From Amoebophrya sp. A120 (Eukaryota; Protista; Dinoflagellata), in contig CAJINV010000010.1 of NCBI GenBank assembly GCA_905178155.1, positions 2,054,778-2,118,777 of the forward strand: a DNA stretch of 64,000 nt, read 5' to 3'. This document shows, piece after piece, positions 1 through 12,300 of this stretch. The position numbers were made by a program, and so were the translations under genes. Each line of letters begins with the position of its first letter. Position 1 is the first letter of the stretch. The notes under the pieces are model-generated. The model made no database searches. It saw only the letters and a program-made list of their open reading frames with translations, and was not told the origin of the DNA.

Positions 1-3000
1 GGGTGCTTTAGTTTTTTCCTGGATATAGAGCAACACCAACCCGAAGTCTGCGGCTTTGAAAGTCCAGGCACCAGTATCAAAAGGAAAAATCCCCCCTCCC
101 CATATTGAAAAGGTATGTTGCCGAAAATTTGTGTTGCTGATTTGAGGTCACAAATCGTCTCTGTGTTGCATGAAGGCAACTCCACAAGCTCCGCCGCATC
201 CTACAGGCGGTTTGTCATGCTGTTTTAGCTATAGCGTAGATGTCTGTCATGCTAAGCGCCTAGGCCAAAATTTGTCTACTCAGGCTTAGTATCATGGGCC
301 TGCAGTCCTCGTCAGCAAGACAAATCTGATCTGTGTGCGCAAATCCAGCATCAGAAACTTCGTTTGGATATGGGGAGGGGGGATTTTTCATTCTGATAAC
401 CAGATTGATGACCTCCACTCGAGTCGTTATTTCTCTGGAAGTAGAACAGCGAGCACCCGCAGAGCCCCGTCATCAGGTAAATCACGCAACCCCACATGGT
501 GGTGAAGGACTGCGCCCACTTGCAGATCGCCTCGTTCCAGTATTTCCCCTTCGCCATCAGGGTGACTTTCTCAAGATTCGCCCGACAGAACGCCTCTTCT
601 TTTTGAAAAGCCTGGATGGTTTCCAAGCCCTTCAAGCAATCTACGTACTCGGAGTAGACCGGAGAATGCGCGACGGACTCGATTCTTCGTGTGTCGCGAG
701 CGGGGGACCGGATCTTCTTGAAGATAAACAGGTAGGGGACAGGGTATGAAGTTGCAGAGAGTGCACATGATGATCATCTCTCCCTCGTCTTGATGTTCCT
801 CCGCATTTATGATCAACATCCATCGAAACCGCAGTTCCACTCGTTGCCTTTTGGATAACTTGGCACTTCTTGCATTACAGATTTCTCCAGGCGAAACAGT
901 ACATACTACAAATTTGTGACGCAGGAGAGGCTGCACTTTTGCTGCCGCTATTCAGTTCTTGTTGCCAACTTCATACAAATGCGTGGGAGAGCAGGCACAA
1001 GGACGACGAGTTGTGCACTACAACCAAACATCTCATACAACCAAAACCGGGAAGAGCACTAGCACCAGCGGGCAGTAGGTGAAGATCAGGATCAACTGCG
1101 TCAGCATGGTCATGGTGTTCTGGACCTGCTGCGTCAAAATCTGCGGCACGAAGTTGTCAATGTTTTGCACGTCCTGAAGGAAGCGGTTCAAAATCCTCCC
1201 TGTGGGCGTGATGTCGAAGAAGTTCAGCGGGGCTTTTAGAAGCGAATTCAGCATCTTGTCGTGCATGAACACCGACGCCCGGAGGCTGCAAATGGTGAGG
1301 GCGAGGGTCTGGGTCGCCGCGATGATAGACCCGGTAAAATTGATCAGGATGTAGATTAACAAGTACTCGAGTTGGTTGTTCACTGAAAGATCGGTGGTGG
1401 CGCCGGTCTCAATAGGAGATAATCTTCGCTGATCCAGCACGCTAGAAGGCGTGATCTCCGTCACTTCAGTTTCCGTCGCAGGAACATCATTGCCCAGAGG
1501 GTCTTTGAAGAGGGCAGAGCTGAAATCAAAATCCCAGAAGAAGTGGCCCCCGGCAACTACCGCGGCTGCACCAATGCGTGCAGGAGAAGCTAGGTGCTCA
1601 TCACTGTTGAAAGTGTTAGTCATCGCCAGATCTTCCGCTGCTCCGACTTCTCTGTTTGTCCCGAGGACAACTTTAACCTTGTTCGAGTTGGCCCAAAAGG
1701 TCAAGAAGATGTTCGCTGCGACAGAGGACAACGCGGATAAGACCAGCAGGACGAAGAGAAAAAAGTTCGTCAGTTTCGTGCCGAAAGCGGACAAGTAAAA
1801 CTTCAAGTCCTGAACCGGGATCGAACCGGAAAACCGGGTTTCCTCCTCACTCCCGAGGAGTAAATGGTTCACCCGCTGAATCAACCGGGAAGACACCCTG
1901 TGCCCGTCCATGGTTTGCAGTATCGAGGTGATTTGCTCCACGCATTCGGAGAGGAAAACTTTGTGCCTTTCCGCGTTTTGCTGCAGCTCGCGAGTGTGCA
2001 GTCTGGTTAGATACGTTTCGTTCAGATTCATTTCGTCGTCTTCCTCGTCCTCCTTGTTATCTGCAGTGGTTGTTCCAGACAGTGACTTCGAGCTCTTCTC
2101 CGAGGTGGTGCTGGTCTGACGGGTCGTGGGGCCGGCTGGTAGAAGTGTCGGCGAGGCAATTACTGGTGCAGTAGATACAGTTGGAGTTGTGGCGGAAGAT
2201 GATGCTGCTGCTGTTGACCCCGCGTCGGCACTCGCACTGTTTATCCCAATTTTCCTCTTCCTCGCATCCTCTAACTCCAACAGAAATTTTGGCAGAGCGT
2301 TTTTCTTCGCCAGATCCCCGAAGTTCGCGATGGACGAGACTAAATTGTTGTCCACCATAAAGATCTGAGAAATTTCACTCCGCTGCAAGTACTGCAGCTG
2401 GTGGGTAATCAAAATCACTAATTTATTCCCCAGTTTCGCTTCCTGGCACAGCACGTTGTCGAAAAGAAATCTGCCCGTGTGCGCGTCCACGGCGGAAAGG
2501 ACGTCATCCAAAAACAAGACGTCCGCATCCGAGTAAATCGCCCGCGCCAAGCCAACGCGCGCCTTCTGCCCCCCAGACAGCTGGACGCCGGACTCGCCGA
2601 CGAGCGTCTGATCGTAGTCGGGAAACTGCTCCAAATCCGGCAGCAAACAGCACTTCTGCAGCACGTCCAAATATTTTTGTTCGTCGTACCGTGTGTGAAA
2701 CAGGATGTTCTCGCGGATGCTGGCGTTTAGAAGAAACGGTTTTTGGGCGACGAAGGCACGCTTCAGGTGGGAAGGGATGAAAATTTCGGGTGGTCGTTTT
2801 GTTCTGACAGCTGTTGACGAGGCTGCTGACGTTGAAGACGTTGTTGCAGACGGCTCTCGTATTAATGCCGAGGATGAGGACGATGATGCTCCACTTCTTG
2901 TTCCAGTTCCTTCGTCCTCTGCACTACTCCTTCCAGCAAGAATTGCCTCAGCCGAAACTCGCCGGAGCCCCGGCTTCACCTGTGCCAAGCAGGAAAGCAG

Positions 3001-5852
3001 TGTGGATTTTCCAGAACCCACAGGACCGCAGAAGGCAATAAGTTCGGACTTTTCGAATTGCAGGTTGTCTGGAATGGTCAGGTGGAAAGACGGTGCTGTT
3101 GGACTCTGCTGTGCAGTTGTAATCTGATCAACATAGCCGCAAGTGAAGCCCGCAGGACACTCCAGGGCAACATTGGAAGTAGATGTTGCATAGCCACAAG
3201 CTAGACTCCTTTCACTCGCGCTAATTTCTTGGTTCGTCTTCCAAGTCGTGTGCTGGCCTGATGTTGATTTCCTCGGCAAAGCAGAGCCACTTTGGTCCAC
3301 CAAGTTGCTTGGAAAGTTATTTGCGCCATTCCTCATGTCCGCCACGGTAACTACGTCATCAACAGAGATGTTGACAGCACCAGTCTGGTCTTGGTCTTGC
3401 TCCTGATTATACCAGTGCGACAGCAAATCGGGCTTGGATTGGTTCTTCACGGATTCCAGGTCACTCTCCGAAACCAGAGAGTGCTGGGCGGTTAGCGTCG
3501 TTGGTGTAGACTCAGTGGACGAGTAAATGGACTTGGTTATTTGCTCTGTGAAGGATTTGTGTCGGGCGCGGATGTCGATGTCCACCTCGGATTCACCCAT
3601 TTCATCGTTTCTTGCCGTGGCAACCGAAATATCAGACGGCGCAGGAGGTGCATTCACATTCAACAACGGCACTTTGCGGCTGTCGTGTGAAAAACCTGTG
3701 CTGCTGGTCGTCGTGCCGAAATCTTCACCGTGTGAGTGTTGAAGTTGGTCCTCATACGAAGAACCATCTGCATCCAACAGGTAAAAAAGCTCATCCTCAT
3801 CTCTATACAGGCTCCTGCTACCCTGTTCACCGCTCGTATTTTTCCCGCGACCACTCTCCCGCGCGTTCAAAAACTCGGCCAGTCGTGTCAGCGAGGGCGC
3901 CAACTCGCTCCAGGAGTAGAAGAATCCGGGTAGCGCTTGCAGAGACCAGTTTAGCTGTTGGATCCAAGCTAACGTTGTGAAAACCACCGCACCGGTCAAC
4001 TCGTGGCCAGTGAGGATGAAAATGGTGAAAACTGTTGTTGGGAGCAAGAAGTTAAACAAAGACCCGACGAAAACATTCAACGCGTTGAGATACCGTTGCT
4101 TTTTCAAGTGCTTCAGCTCCTCCGTTCTCGCCGCGTTCAGCCTGTGTGCCCACACCGAGTCCAGCGACTGCAGCTTCACCAAGCGGACACACTTCACGTA
4201 CTCGTTCAACAATTTCGACCGTACGTCCCGGGCTTCCTGCAGTTTCTTCACGACCGGTGTAGTTAAAGTCGCTAGCTTCCGCATCACGAACTGCCCGGAA
4301 AACATGATTACCATGCCGCCGAAAGTCGCGGAAACACCTATCGCCTTGTAGAGAAAAAACAAAACCACGGGGAGGGAGGAAATCGCCCAGGTCTGTTGCG
4401 AGAAACTGAAGGCATCAAATGCAAAAGTGTCTGGGTCTGGAAGAGTCATGCTGTTTTTGCATGACACAGAAGGTCTGGCATAGAAGCTAAAGCATCACAG
4501 CTTTCGAGAAGCTTCCGCCATGCCGAATCCGCACGACAAACCCTCCATTTTGGTGACAGAATGTGGGCAGCTTTTGGTTTTGCTACCTATGCATGAGAGA
4601 TTCTTCTGTGTTCTGAAATGCGCATGACAAGTTTGTACTCTTCCAGACCCAGTAGACATATTATTTACAATCCATAGAAAATGATCCAGGACATTTTGCC
4701 CAGCTTATCCGCGTCAGTCGACATCAAGTTCGACCACTTCCCGATGTCGAATTTGTTATTTTCTGTGGACGTGGATAAATTATCCGATGCTGGTGGTATA
4801 GGCGTACTAGCGCTCCTGTTGGTCGTTTCATCCGAGGACTGTTTCATTCCGCCTACCTGATCATCGCGTGAGCTTCTACTAGAACTCGTAGTTCCACCAC
4901 CTCCCCCTCTGTCGTACAAGGACTCACGAAAGACCGCATGCACTATCGCCGACCTGGCGTTGTTCATGACGCGCGTGCTCGCGAAGAAGCAGGTTTCCAT
5001 GTTGGCGACACGCAGGATCATGCACAGCGACAGGGCGAGAACCAGAAGACCCATGGTCTGGACCTGTGAGGAGAGCAGAAGATGAATGTTAAGCAAACGA
5101 CATCAGGCGAATCTTGAAAGTGTACTCCTGACCACTAGTAAATTCAACTTTATTTTTTCTGTGGAAATAAGCTCGGAGGCAGTTTATTTACCTGATTTCT
5201 GAAATAACAGTTTGTCGCAGCTTTGCCTGCAGATCGATGAGACAAAAAGCACCTTTACGAGGACGGGAAATGAACGAACCAATATTTTTCAACATACCGT
5301 TTCCTCCCGATACTCCCTCTGCACCTCCTCCGCCTTGTGCAGTAACAGCGACAGCAAAATCGGGTCCAGCAGCATGCACAACAAGAACGTCCACCCGGAA
5401 AAAAACGAGTAACAGAAAACCGATCGCTGGATACGGAATAACAGTGTGACCAGCAGTTGAAACGGTTGCCATTTTTGTGTAGTAGTTGATCCATCGGAAG
5501 ATGTAGTTGCAGTTGGTGCTTCTTCACCTGCCTCAAGTTGTCCGTGTTGTTGTTCCACATGAAGATCTGTGCTTCGGCTTCCTCTACTCCATCGCCGTTC
5601 TTTCACTGCCGTCAGCCGCCTGTGCAACTCCAAAACGCCGTCCCTCTTGGGCAGATTCGGGAGGTCCTCGATTTTTTTGAAGTTTAACTTCAACAGGGGG
5701 AAAACCCAGTAGAAGGAGAGTTTGGAAAGCACGCCGGCCTTGTCCTCCAGGGCCGCCGCGGCTGGGCTGGCGGGGGCGCGGCGGGGGAGCCCTAGTACTT
5801 GCCTGCTCGAGGGTGAACTAGTACCCCGTAGGTTGTCTTCTTGCCGCGTCAT
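1..5852 (-). CDS. ABCC/MRP-family ABC transporter, multi-exon, 3' end beyond the left window edge
   Basis: AGVLSKLSFYWVFPLL N-terminal motif; NBD1 Walker A GPVGSGKST, signature LSGGQKARVGLARA, Walker B LFLDDVLSAVDAH; TMD2 FFDITPTGRILNRF and RRIES-SPVYS-LKGLETIQAF. Joined across a GT-AG intron (5064-5297) and elements at 4413, 745 and 75. Confidence 0.93.
75..398. mobile_element. Introner/MITE, family C
   Basis: TIR TATCAAAAGGAAAAATCCCCCCTCCCCAT...ATGGGGAGGGGGGATTTTTCATTCTGATA; perfect TSD ACCAG; homologous to 56732. Confidence 0.9.
745..1037. mobile_element. Introner, family J (degenerate)
   Basis: TATGA...GTGCAC / GTGCAC...CTCATA ends; decayed TSD CAGGG/CAACC; removing element +5 bp gives in-frame PVLV-VPYLF. 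Confidence 0.78.
4413..4676. mobile_element. Introner, family A
   Basis: TIR core TGCAAAAGTGTCTGGGTCTGGAA; TSD GAAGG/GAAAA; removal gives in-frame WIIF-SFSQQ. Confidence 0.85.
5064..5297 (-). other. Canonical GT-AG intron in the ABCC gene
   Basis: Minus strand ACG|GTATGT...CTCACAG|GTC; phase-0 join EET-VQTMG. Confidence 0.75.
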
Positions 5853-6862
5853 GGTAAAGACGGAAGTCGTGGTTCAGAGGTAGCCTTCCTGACCTTCTCG
5901 TGCGGACAAGCAGCATCGTCGGACCGACGGTTCGTGTTGACCATGATTTTTGTGTGACATTTTCACAGGGATACACAACGACCTGATGTTGCTTTTCTCT
6001 AGCAAGACAGGAAACACGGATGTTGGAAAGCTAGAATTTAAACAACAACTAAGACTACCTCACGACTCGTAAGCACATTTATTAGAGGTCGCGGCGCAGC
6101 ACCGCCAGCACGACAAAAACAAAATAGCCATTCTGGGATGAAAGAGAAGATTCAAACCTTGCTCTCATTAACTAAGACTTCCACTGCGTACGCTCACTCG
6201 CAAGAGGACAATCTTCAAGAACTAACTCTCGAGGTGGACTCTGTGCCAGTAGAAGCAAATATTAAGTGTGCTTACTTAATAGCTCCGTTTGAAGATGTTC
6301 TCGTCGGAAGTAGGACGAGGGCAACACCCATCGCCCTTTGATGTACTAAGAAAGTTGTAGCGGACAAAATCAAAAAGACAATGACCAATATGGACGACGA
6401 TACTGCCGGTGAATAACAAGAAGAACTTCTTCCACCAGAGTCGTTACACGAGCGCAATGAATTGCTGCAATTCCAAAACCAAAACACATCTCGACCCGGG
6501 TGTTGCTTTTGGTCTTTTACCACCACCTTCCCGACCACCTTTATCATTCGCACGACGAGTGCTCATTGTCATTTCATATTCCCAAAAATTTTCATAAAAA
6601 TCTATCAACAAAACAAGTGGGTTGCAGACATTGACAGTTCGCATTGACACTTGATGATGTTCCTATACCTACACGTAATACCTCACATGCGAGAAAAAAA
6701 CGTCGTGTCGATTACACTCAATGAAAAATCTAACATTATTTGTATCGCTTTTGTTTTCCGTTTGTCAGGTGAGATTTCCTTGCAATCAAAAAGGATGATC
6801 GTAATGCTCTTGGTGCCTGGAGATTATAAGCTGTAGTTTTGCGCTAGCTTAATACATGAGCC

Positions 6863-7124
6863 TATCCAAGAAAAAAAGTGTTACAGTTACACACTTGACG
6901 AATGATGCTGGGCGTCGTGTGCCACTGGTACCTGCAGAAAGAACTTGCTCGGCATGACAAAGAAGACTTGCAAACATACTGCAAAGATCTTCGAGATTTC
7001 ATGAGCAGGAAAGGCACGATCGCAACGAGGGTCGCAAGCAGAAGCACTGCGGGCTTTTGGCAAAGTACCTGTCCAGCACCAACGTCGCAATAGGTAACTG
7101 TAACAGCACCTTTTTCTTCGCATA
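6863..7124. mobile_element. Introner-family MITE, family G, intergenic and decayed
   Basis: TATCCAAGAAAAAAAGTGTTACAGTTAC...GTAACTGTAACAGCACCTTTTTCTTCGCATA; TSD not preserved. Confidence 0.7.
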
Positions 7125-9300
7125 GTGTAGGCAACAAGAACAAATGCTGTGAAGTTTCTTCGAAAATTATCGTACTCATCCTCCGTAGAAGTCACACTTC
7201 TTAATGTATTATCTTGGAGGTGATAGAGAACAAATACAAAAAAAGCTCACAATGCAAAACAAAGAAAGCTCATAGTCCTACACTACTTTTTGCACAACGA
7301 TGAAAAATGATAACGTATCAACGTTACCCAACAAGAATTTATTTATTTGAGGTAGTCTTATTTGCGTGGAGGTATTAAAGAGAAAGCGATTGTTGTTCCT
7401 TCATTGTCGCCTCGCTGTCGATCGAGTCTTCTTCAGATGAAGAAGAATCAACGCAGGCCAAGAAGTGAATACTCATATCTGCTACAGAAACGCAAACACA
7501 AACTCGCCTGCACCGCTCGGTTCTTAAGTATATCTGCTGTAGCTGTAGCGGCAGGAAATACAATTGCTTTTGTTTGCGCACTTCTTTAGGTGATGTAGAT
7601 GTACCATATTATGCAGATTTTTTATTTTTTCAAAAGGAAAACTGGTACTAAAAGGAAATACAGCAGCCCGCTCAAGTGGCAATAATCAAGACCGAGAATG
7701 GCCTACATGTCATCGTGGGCGGGGCTGCACATAGAAAGATCAGGTTTGGGAAAAACAAACACTGTAGGGGCATAAGATAAACAATGGCGCCGCTACTGAC
7801 ATAATGAACGGAGGGCAAAGCATCACAAGAATTTTAAAATCAAAGATGACGTCTAGCTCTTGACGTCTAGCTCTTCCAACCTCGTCCAAGAGAGGTCGTG
7901 GACCCTGCATCTATAGAAGATACTAGTGCCGGCCCTCGTGCTGGACATACGTAGTTCGATGCCTTCAGTCAGAGCTTTACCTCCGCAGCCAGAGCAGCGC
8001 CATTGCTGCAGGTGGACTGACGTGTGCGCACTACGAATAAAAAGAATGAGTTGTGCGCGCGAGGGCTTCTTGATGTTCTAGCATGGTAAAGAAGAACAAG
8101 AAGACAATGAATATCATATCAAATATTGCGTCAAAGGCCATTGCCTCCAAGAACAAGAAGTAGTAGTAGAGTCAGAATGTAGGCGGGTCATGTGCATATC
8201 TAGGACTGCTCTGCGCAAAATGTACTTTATTGCGCAAGAATGAAGTGGGACCTGGCTAGAAGAAGACAGATCCGGCTTCGCCGGCGCCGGACTACTTCAT
8301 CTTTTCAAGTAAAGCTAAAGATGGTTCCTGTATATAAGTAAGAACAACGTGTCAACGCGTAAAGATAAAAGAATAAACGCACAAGCGTTTTTTCTTTCTT
8401 GAATAGTCCCCATAAAGACATGCTGCCTACTGGGACTACAAAGATCAGTTCAACTTAGATAATTGTATGTTGATGCAACTTAATAGTACAGCACACAAAT
8501 AGGCTGTTGTTCCAGTTGCAGCTGCAAGAGCTGAAAAGCAATTGCGCGGTGGAAAAAATATTTTACGAACATTCAAGAACAAGTCTTCGATAAGACAAAG
8601 CAAAGGCAGAACTTTTGTCGTCGAGCTAGAGAAAATACATAGTGAAAAAAAAGAAAAACAGCGGCGGTCTATGGAAAAAAAAACCGCGCAAAAAAAAAAA
8701 AAAAAGCGTAGACTTACGAAATAAGCCCTACCTGGTTATCCAGGCGGAAACGCAGAGCACAAAAATGCCTCTGCACTCATTAGAATTTTTATTCTTTGGT
8801 AAGACGGAAAACTTAAATAGTTCCTATCCCACCGAAGAAGACGTGCCTCAATTCGAGGGCGCGTCGATACAAATACGGAGGGTTCGCTGCAAACGGAGAA
8901 AATTATATGGACTTTACATAAAGCCATCGTGATTGTTGTGATTCGTTTGGTATTTTTGGAGCACCGCGAGGACCTCAACATCGATCCTGAAAAAAACAAA
9001 TTCCAATTAAAAAAACAAACTTAGCGACGTGAGTTTGATCCTTTTGTAAAAATCTTCTCCCCCGACTCCGTGGAGCTAGAATATTAAGTCGGAGGTTACT
9101 ATCATCATCATGATCATCATCATTTATCCTGCACTTGGGGGTGACGTGCGGATGGTGTAATCTAGCTGGAAGCACATCAACGGAACCGTCGATGTTGGTA
9201 GAGAACTGCACACAACTTCGTGGGAAGATTATTTATGTTCCACCACGAACTCAAGTCGTCGTGGTCAACAACACTTCCCTCGTCTTCTGCCTTTGACTTT

Positions 9301-12300
9301 CTAAACATCTCGACGCAGTGCTTCCTGCTCATCGCAGACTTCTTCGACAACTTCCACATGATCTTCGCCCGCGCCCTCCGCAACGGGGACGTGCACGCTG
9401 AGTGGGTAGAGCCGGAACCGGCTGAAGTCTTGCTTTTTGTCCGGGTCGAAGTCGAAACTTTGTATGTTGCCGCGCGCGATTGGGTCGTCGACTATGATCG
9501 TTTGCTCGAACACCAGGAACCGGACCTGTACGGTGCCGGGCTTACTGGGCCGAAGACGTGAAGAGTTTTCACTACTATTAGTTCTGCCTCCGACGTTCGT
9601 CTTTGGTTCGACCTCTATTTCCGTCTGTGCTGGCAGAACAACTCTTTGCGGAATCACGTTTTTTGAAGAGTCACGAGCCGCGGAGATGGAACCACGTCGT
9701 GTGCTTAGCGAAGCGGAAGATGCTGCTGCATCAACATTTGTCGTTCCAGCCTGCTCAACAACCTTGTGGTCCAACAACACCGCGAGGCGCTTTGCCGCCG
9801 GGGTGCCGAGGAAGGATTTGACATTTTCGTCCGGAGGGTCCGAAATTCTCGAAAAGTGCGCTTCCGCTTCATCGGCTGGAACGGTGCAGCGTTTTTTCCT
9901 TACAGCGGTAGTAGAGCTTGAGCTGCGGCGTTTGATCAGAATCATACCGCTCGTTCCCGTGGGTCCTCGTGGTGGGGGCTGTACTGGCAGCTGCTGTGTC
10001 GGCGCAGAACAAGCAGTTGATGCTTGCAGCGGCCCTAGTACAACTCCTGCTGCCGATGGTGCCAAAGTAGACGGCGGCGCCGCGCACTTCTGTAGCAAAG
10101 CTCGAAGAGGGCTCAGGTCGTCTTGGGCTTTGTTCTCTCGACTTGTTCCCCGGCGGACCAGGTGTGTCTGGCTAGCTGGTGCGGCGCCACCTCCTCCGCC
10201 CCGGGCTGCACCAGCTTGTCCAGCAGTGGCCTCAGGTCCAGCTGGCTGTTGAAGTTGTTTTTGCTGCAGTTGTCCTGCTTGTTCCGCCTCCGCTGCGCTG
10301 AGCACCGATTCAAACGACTCCGCTTTTGGGTCTACAGCATCGTCGTCTTCACAATTATCCGCCTCTACTTCCGCTCGTGTGGACAACTTCTGCACGTGTT
10401 CCTTTCCAACCGTCTGCTGCTGGTCCTGCTCCTGCAGTGGCAAATAACTTTGTACCGTGGGCAGATCCGTACTCGAGCTTGCGCCCACATAGTTTACAGG
10501 ATTTCCACCCGGGCCTGCAGTAGAAGTTTGTAGTTTTTTCTCGTCCTCATCCCCACCACCGCACGACGGCCCGCCGCGGGGGCCCAGTTTCTTCGGCAGG
10601 GAGAGCACACTCCCGATAGACGTGCTGAAGCCGCCACTTGCGTTCTTCAGCAGTTGCGAGGTCAGTGCGCCGATGTTGGAAGCTCCTTTGCAGCTGCCCT
10701 CATGCACCTGTTGCAATTGGCTAAACGAACTGACGCAGGGGTGGCTGGTGGAGGAAAACAGACTGGAACTCACCGTGCGAAATTCCTGTGGTGCTCCTGC
10801 ATCGCAAGGTATGCAAGAAAAAAAAGCGCTACAGGTCTTACACGGACACTTGTGGTATTAACTTCAGCAAAAGATGCAGGTTGCTTGGAACGACGACGAT
10901 GCATCGATCTCAACCGCAAGGGAAATAAATGCCCATCACGCATGAAGAAACGAGGGTCGCATCCCATAATTGCGGGCATGGCAAAAGTTGTGTGTCTTCT
11001 TGTCTACTTGCTCGACGTTGTATGCATGAAAGACTTCTGTGATGTGTTGTAGTCACTGTAGCATTTTTTTCTCTGCATACTCGAAGAAGCGGCACCCGTG
11101 TGGTCAGACGGAAACATGTTTAGCGACAGACCCGTAGACACTGCGCTGATCGGATTCTTGCCCGCAGATGAATTCGCAAACATCAAACCTGTAGCCTGTT
11201 GCGCGGAAGTCTCCACCTGGGCCTGGCCAAGAAGAAAATCACCATCTCTCATATGATCCCACCTTATTTGAGAGCAAGCAACAAAACTGCCACGGCTGTC
11301 CTGTTCCTCTTCGTCCTGTTGGCCCTTGTCTACTTCCTGAGAATAAATGCTGAGTCCCTCTCTACTCGTCCCGACAGGTGGAGCTTGAGCAGCTCCTGTC
11401 GCGTCGGCGCTGCTGCTAGTCGATGCGCATGCCGTTTTGTTTTTCTTCCTCGCCAGCATGCTCAAAAAAGTGTTTGCAAGTTGAACAGGGTGATGCGCTT
11501 GAGCTTGTCCTCCCCGTTGTGCCTGCAACAGTGCAGAGGTCGTTGTTCCGGCAGTGCCTGGAGGTGAAGAGCAGTGTGCTGAAGATGATATTAACGAAGT
11601 CGCTTGTTGATCCGAAGCTGTTGCTCCGGCACTGGTGCCCCGCACAAGCAGATCATGGCTGTGCGAAGAACATGTTGGTCCTCCTGAACAAGCCGTCGAG
11701 CTGCGCACCTGACTCTCGCCAACGAAACTGCAGCTTGCCGCGGAACAATCGCCGGCGGAGCCAGGACGGGAAGCAGCGGAAGGTGGCGTGACGAAGTTCT
11801 GAGCGTCGCCTGCTTCTTGTCGAAGATCTTGACGATCATGATCACCAACTTCTGGCTCCGCTACTAATTTCGGTGCTGGAATTATCTTTTCCTGCGGAAC
11901 CAGGAGTAGTCTTTCGGTTGTCACGGTTTCCTTCGTGTAAACAGGAAGCGTGGCGGCCGTCATCCCAGTGTACTCCGGTTGGAACCGGCGGGAGGACAAA
12001 GACGAAAAGTTTTTGTCTACGGCTTTTGGTTTTGCTGCTGGTGGTGTAGTTCTTGTTCCCTCAGCATCAGCTAATATTACCCCACCTCCTGCTGCGTTGA
12101 CTGGTGCAGCCCCGGAGCAGCGGTCTGTGTTCTTGTTCTTCGTCGTCCTCGGCACCAACATTCCGAGGCGAACGATCGGGGTCCACGCGCGTTTGTTCGG
12201 ACTGAAGGTTGTCTTCGTTTGGCGCGCCACTTGGAGAAGGAAATCTGGTGCTCCTACAGAAGTAGTGCGCTTATCTTGTTGCCCCCTGTCTGCTTCATCA

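Noticed and set aside
9437-10252. Long plus-strand ORFs (also 13932-14576, 44882-45469 and 61858-62409)
   Set aside because: Antisense shadows of minus-strand coding sequence
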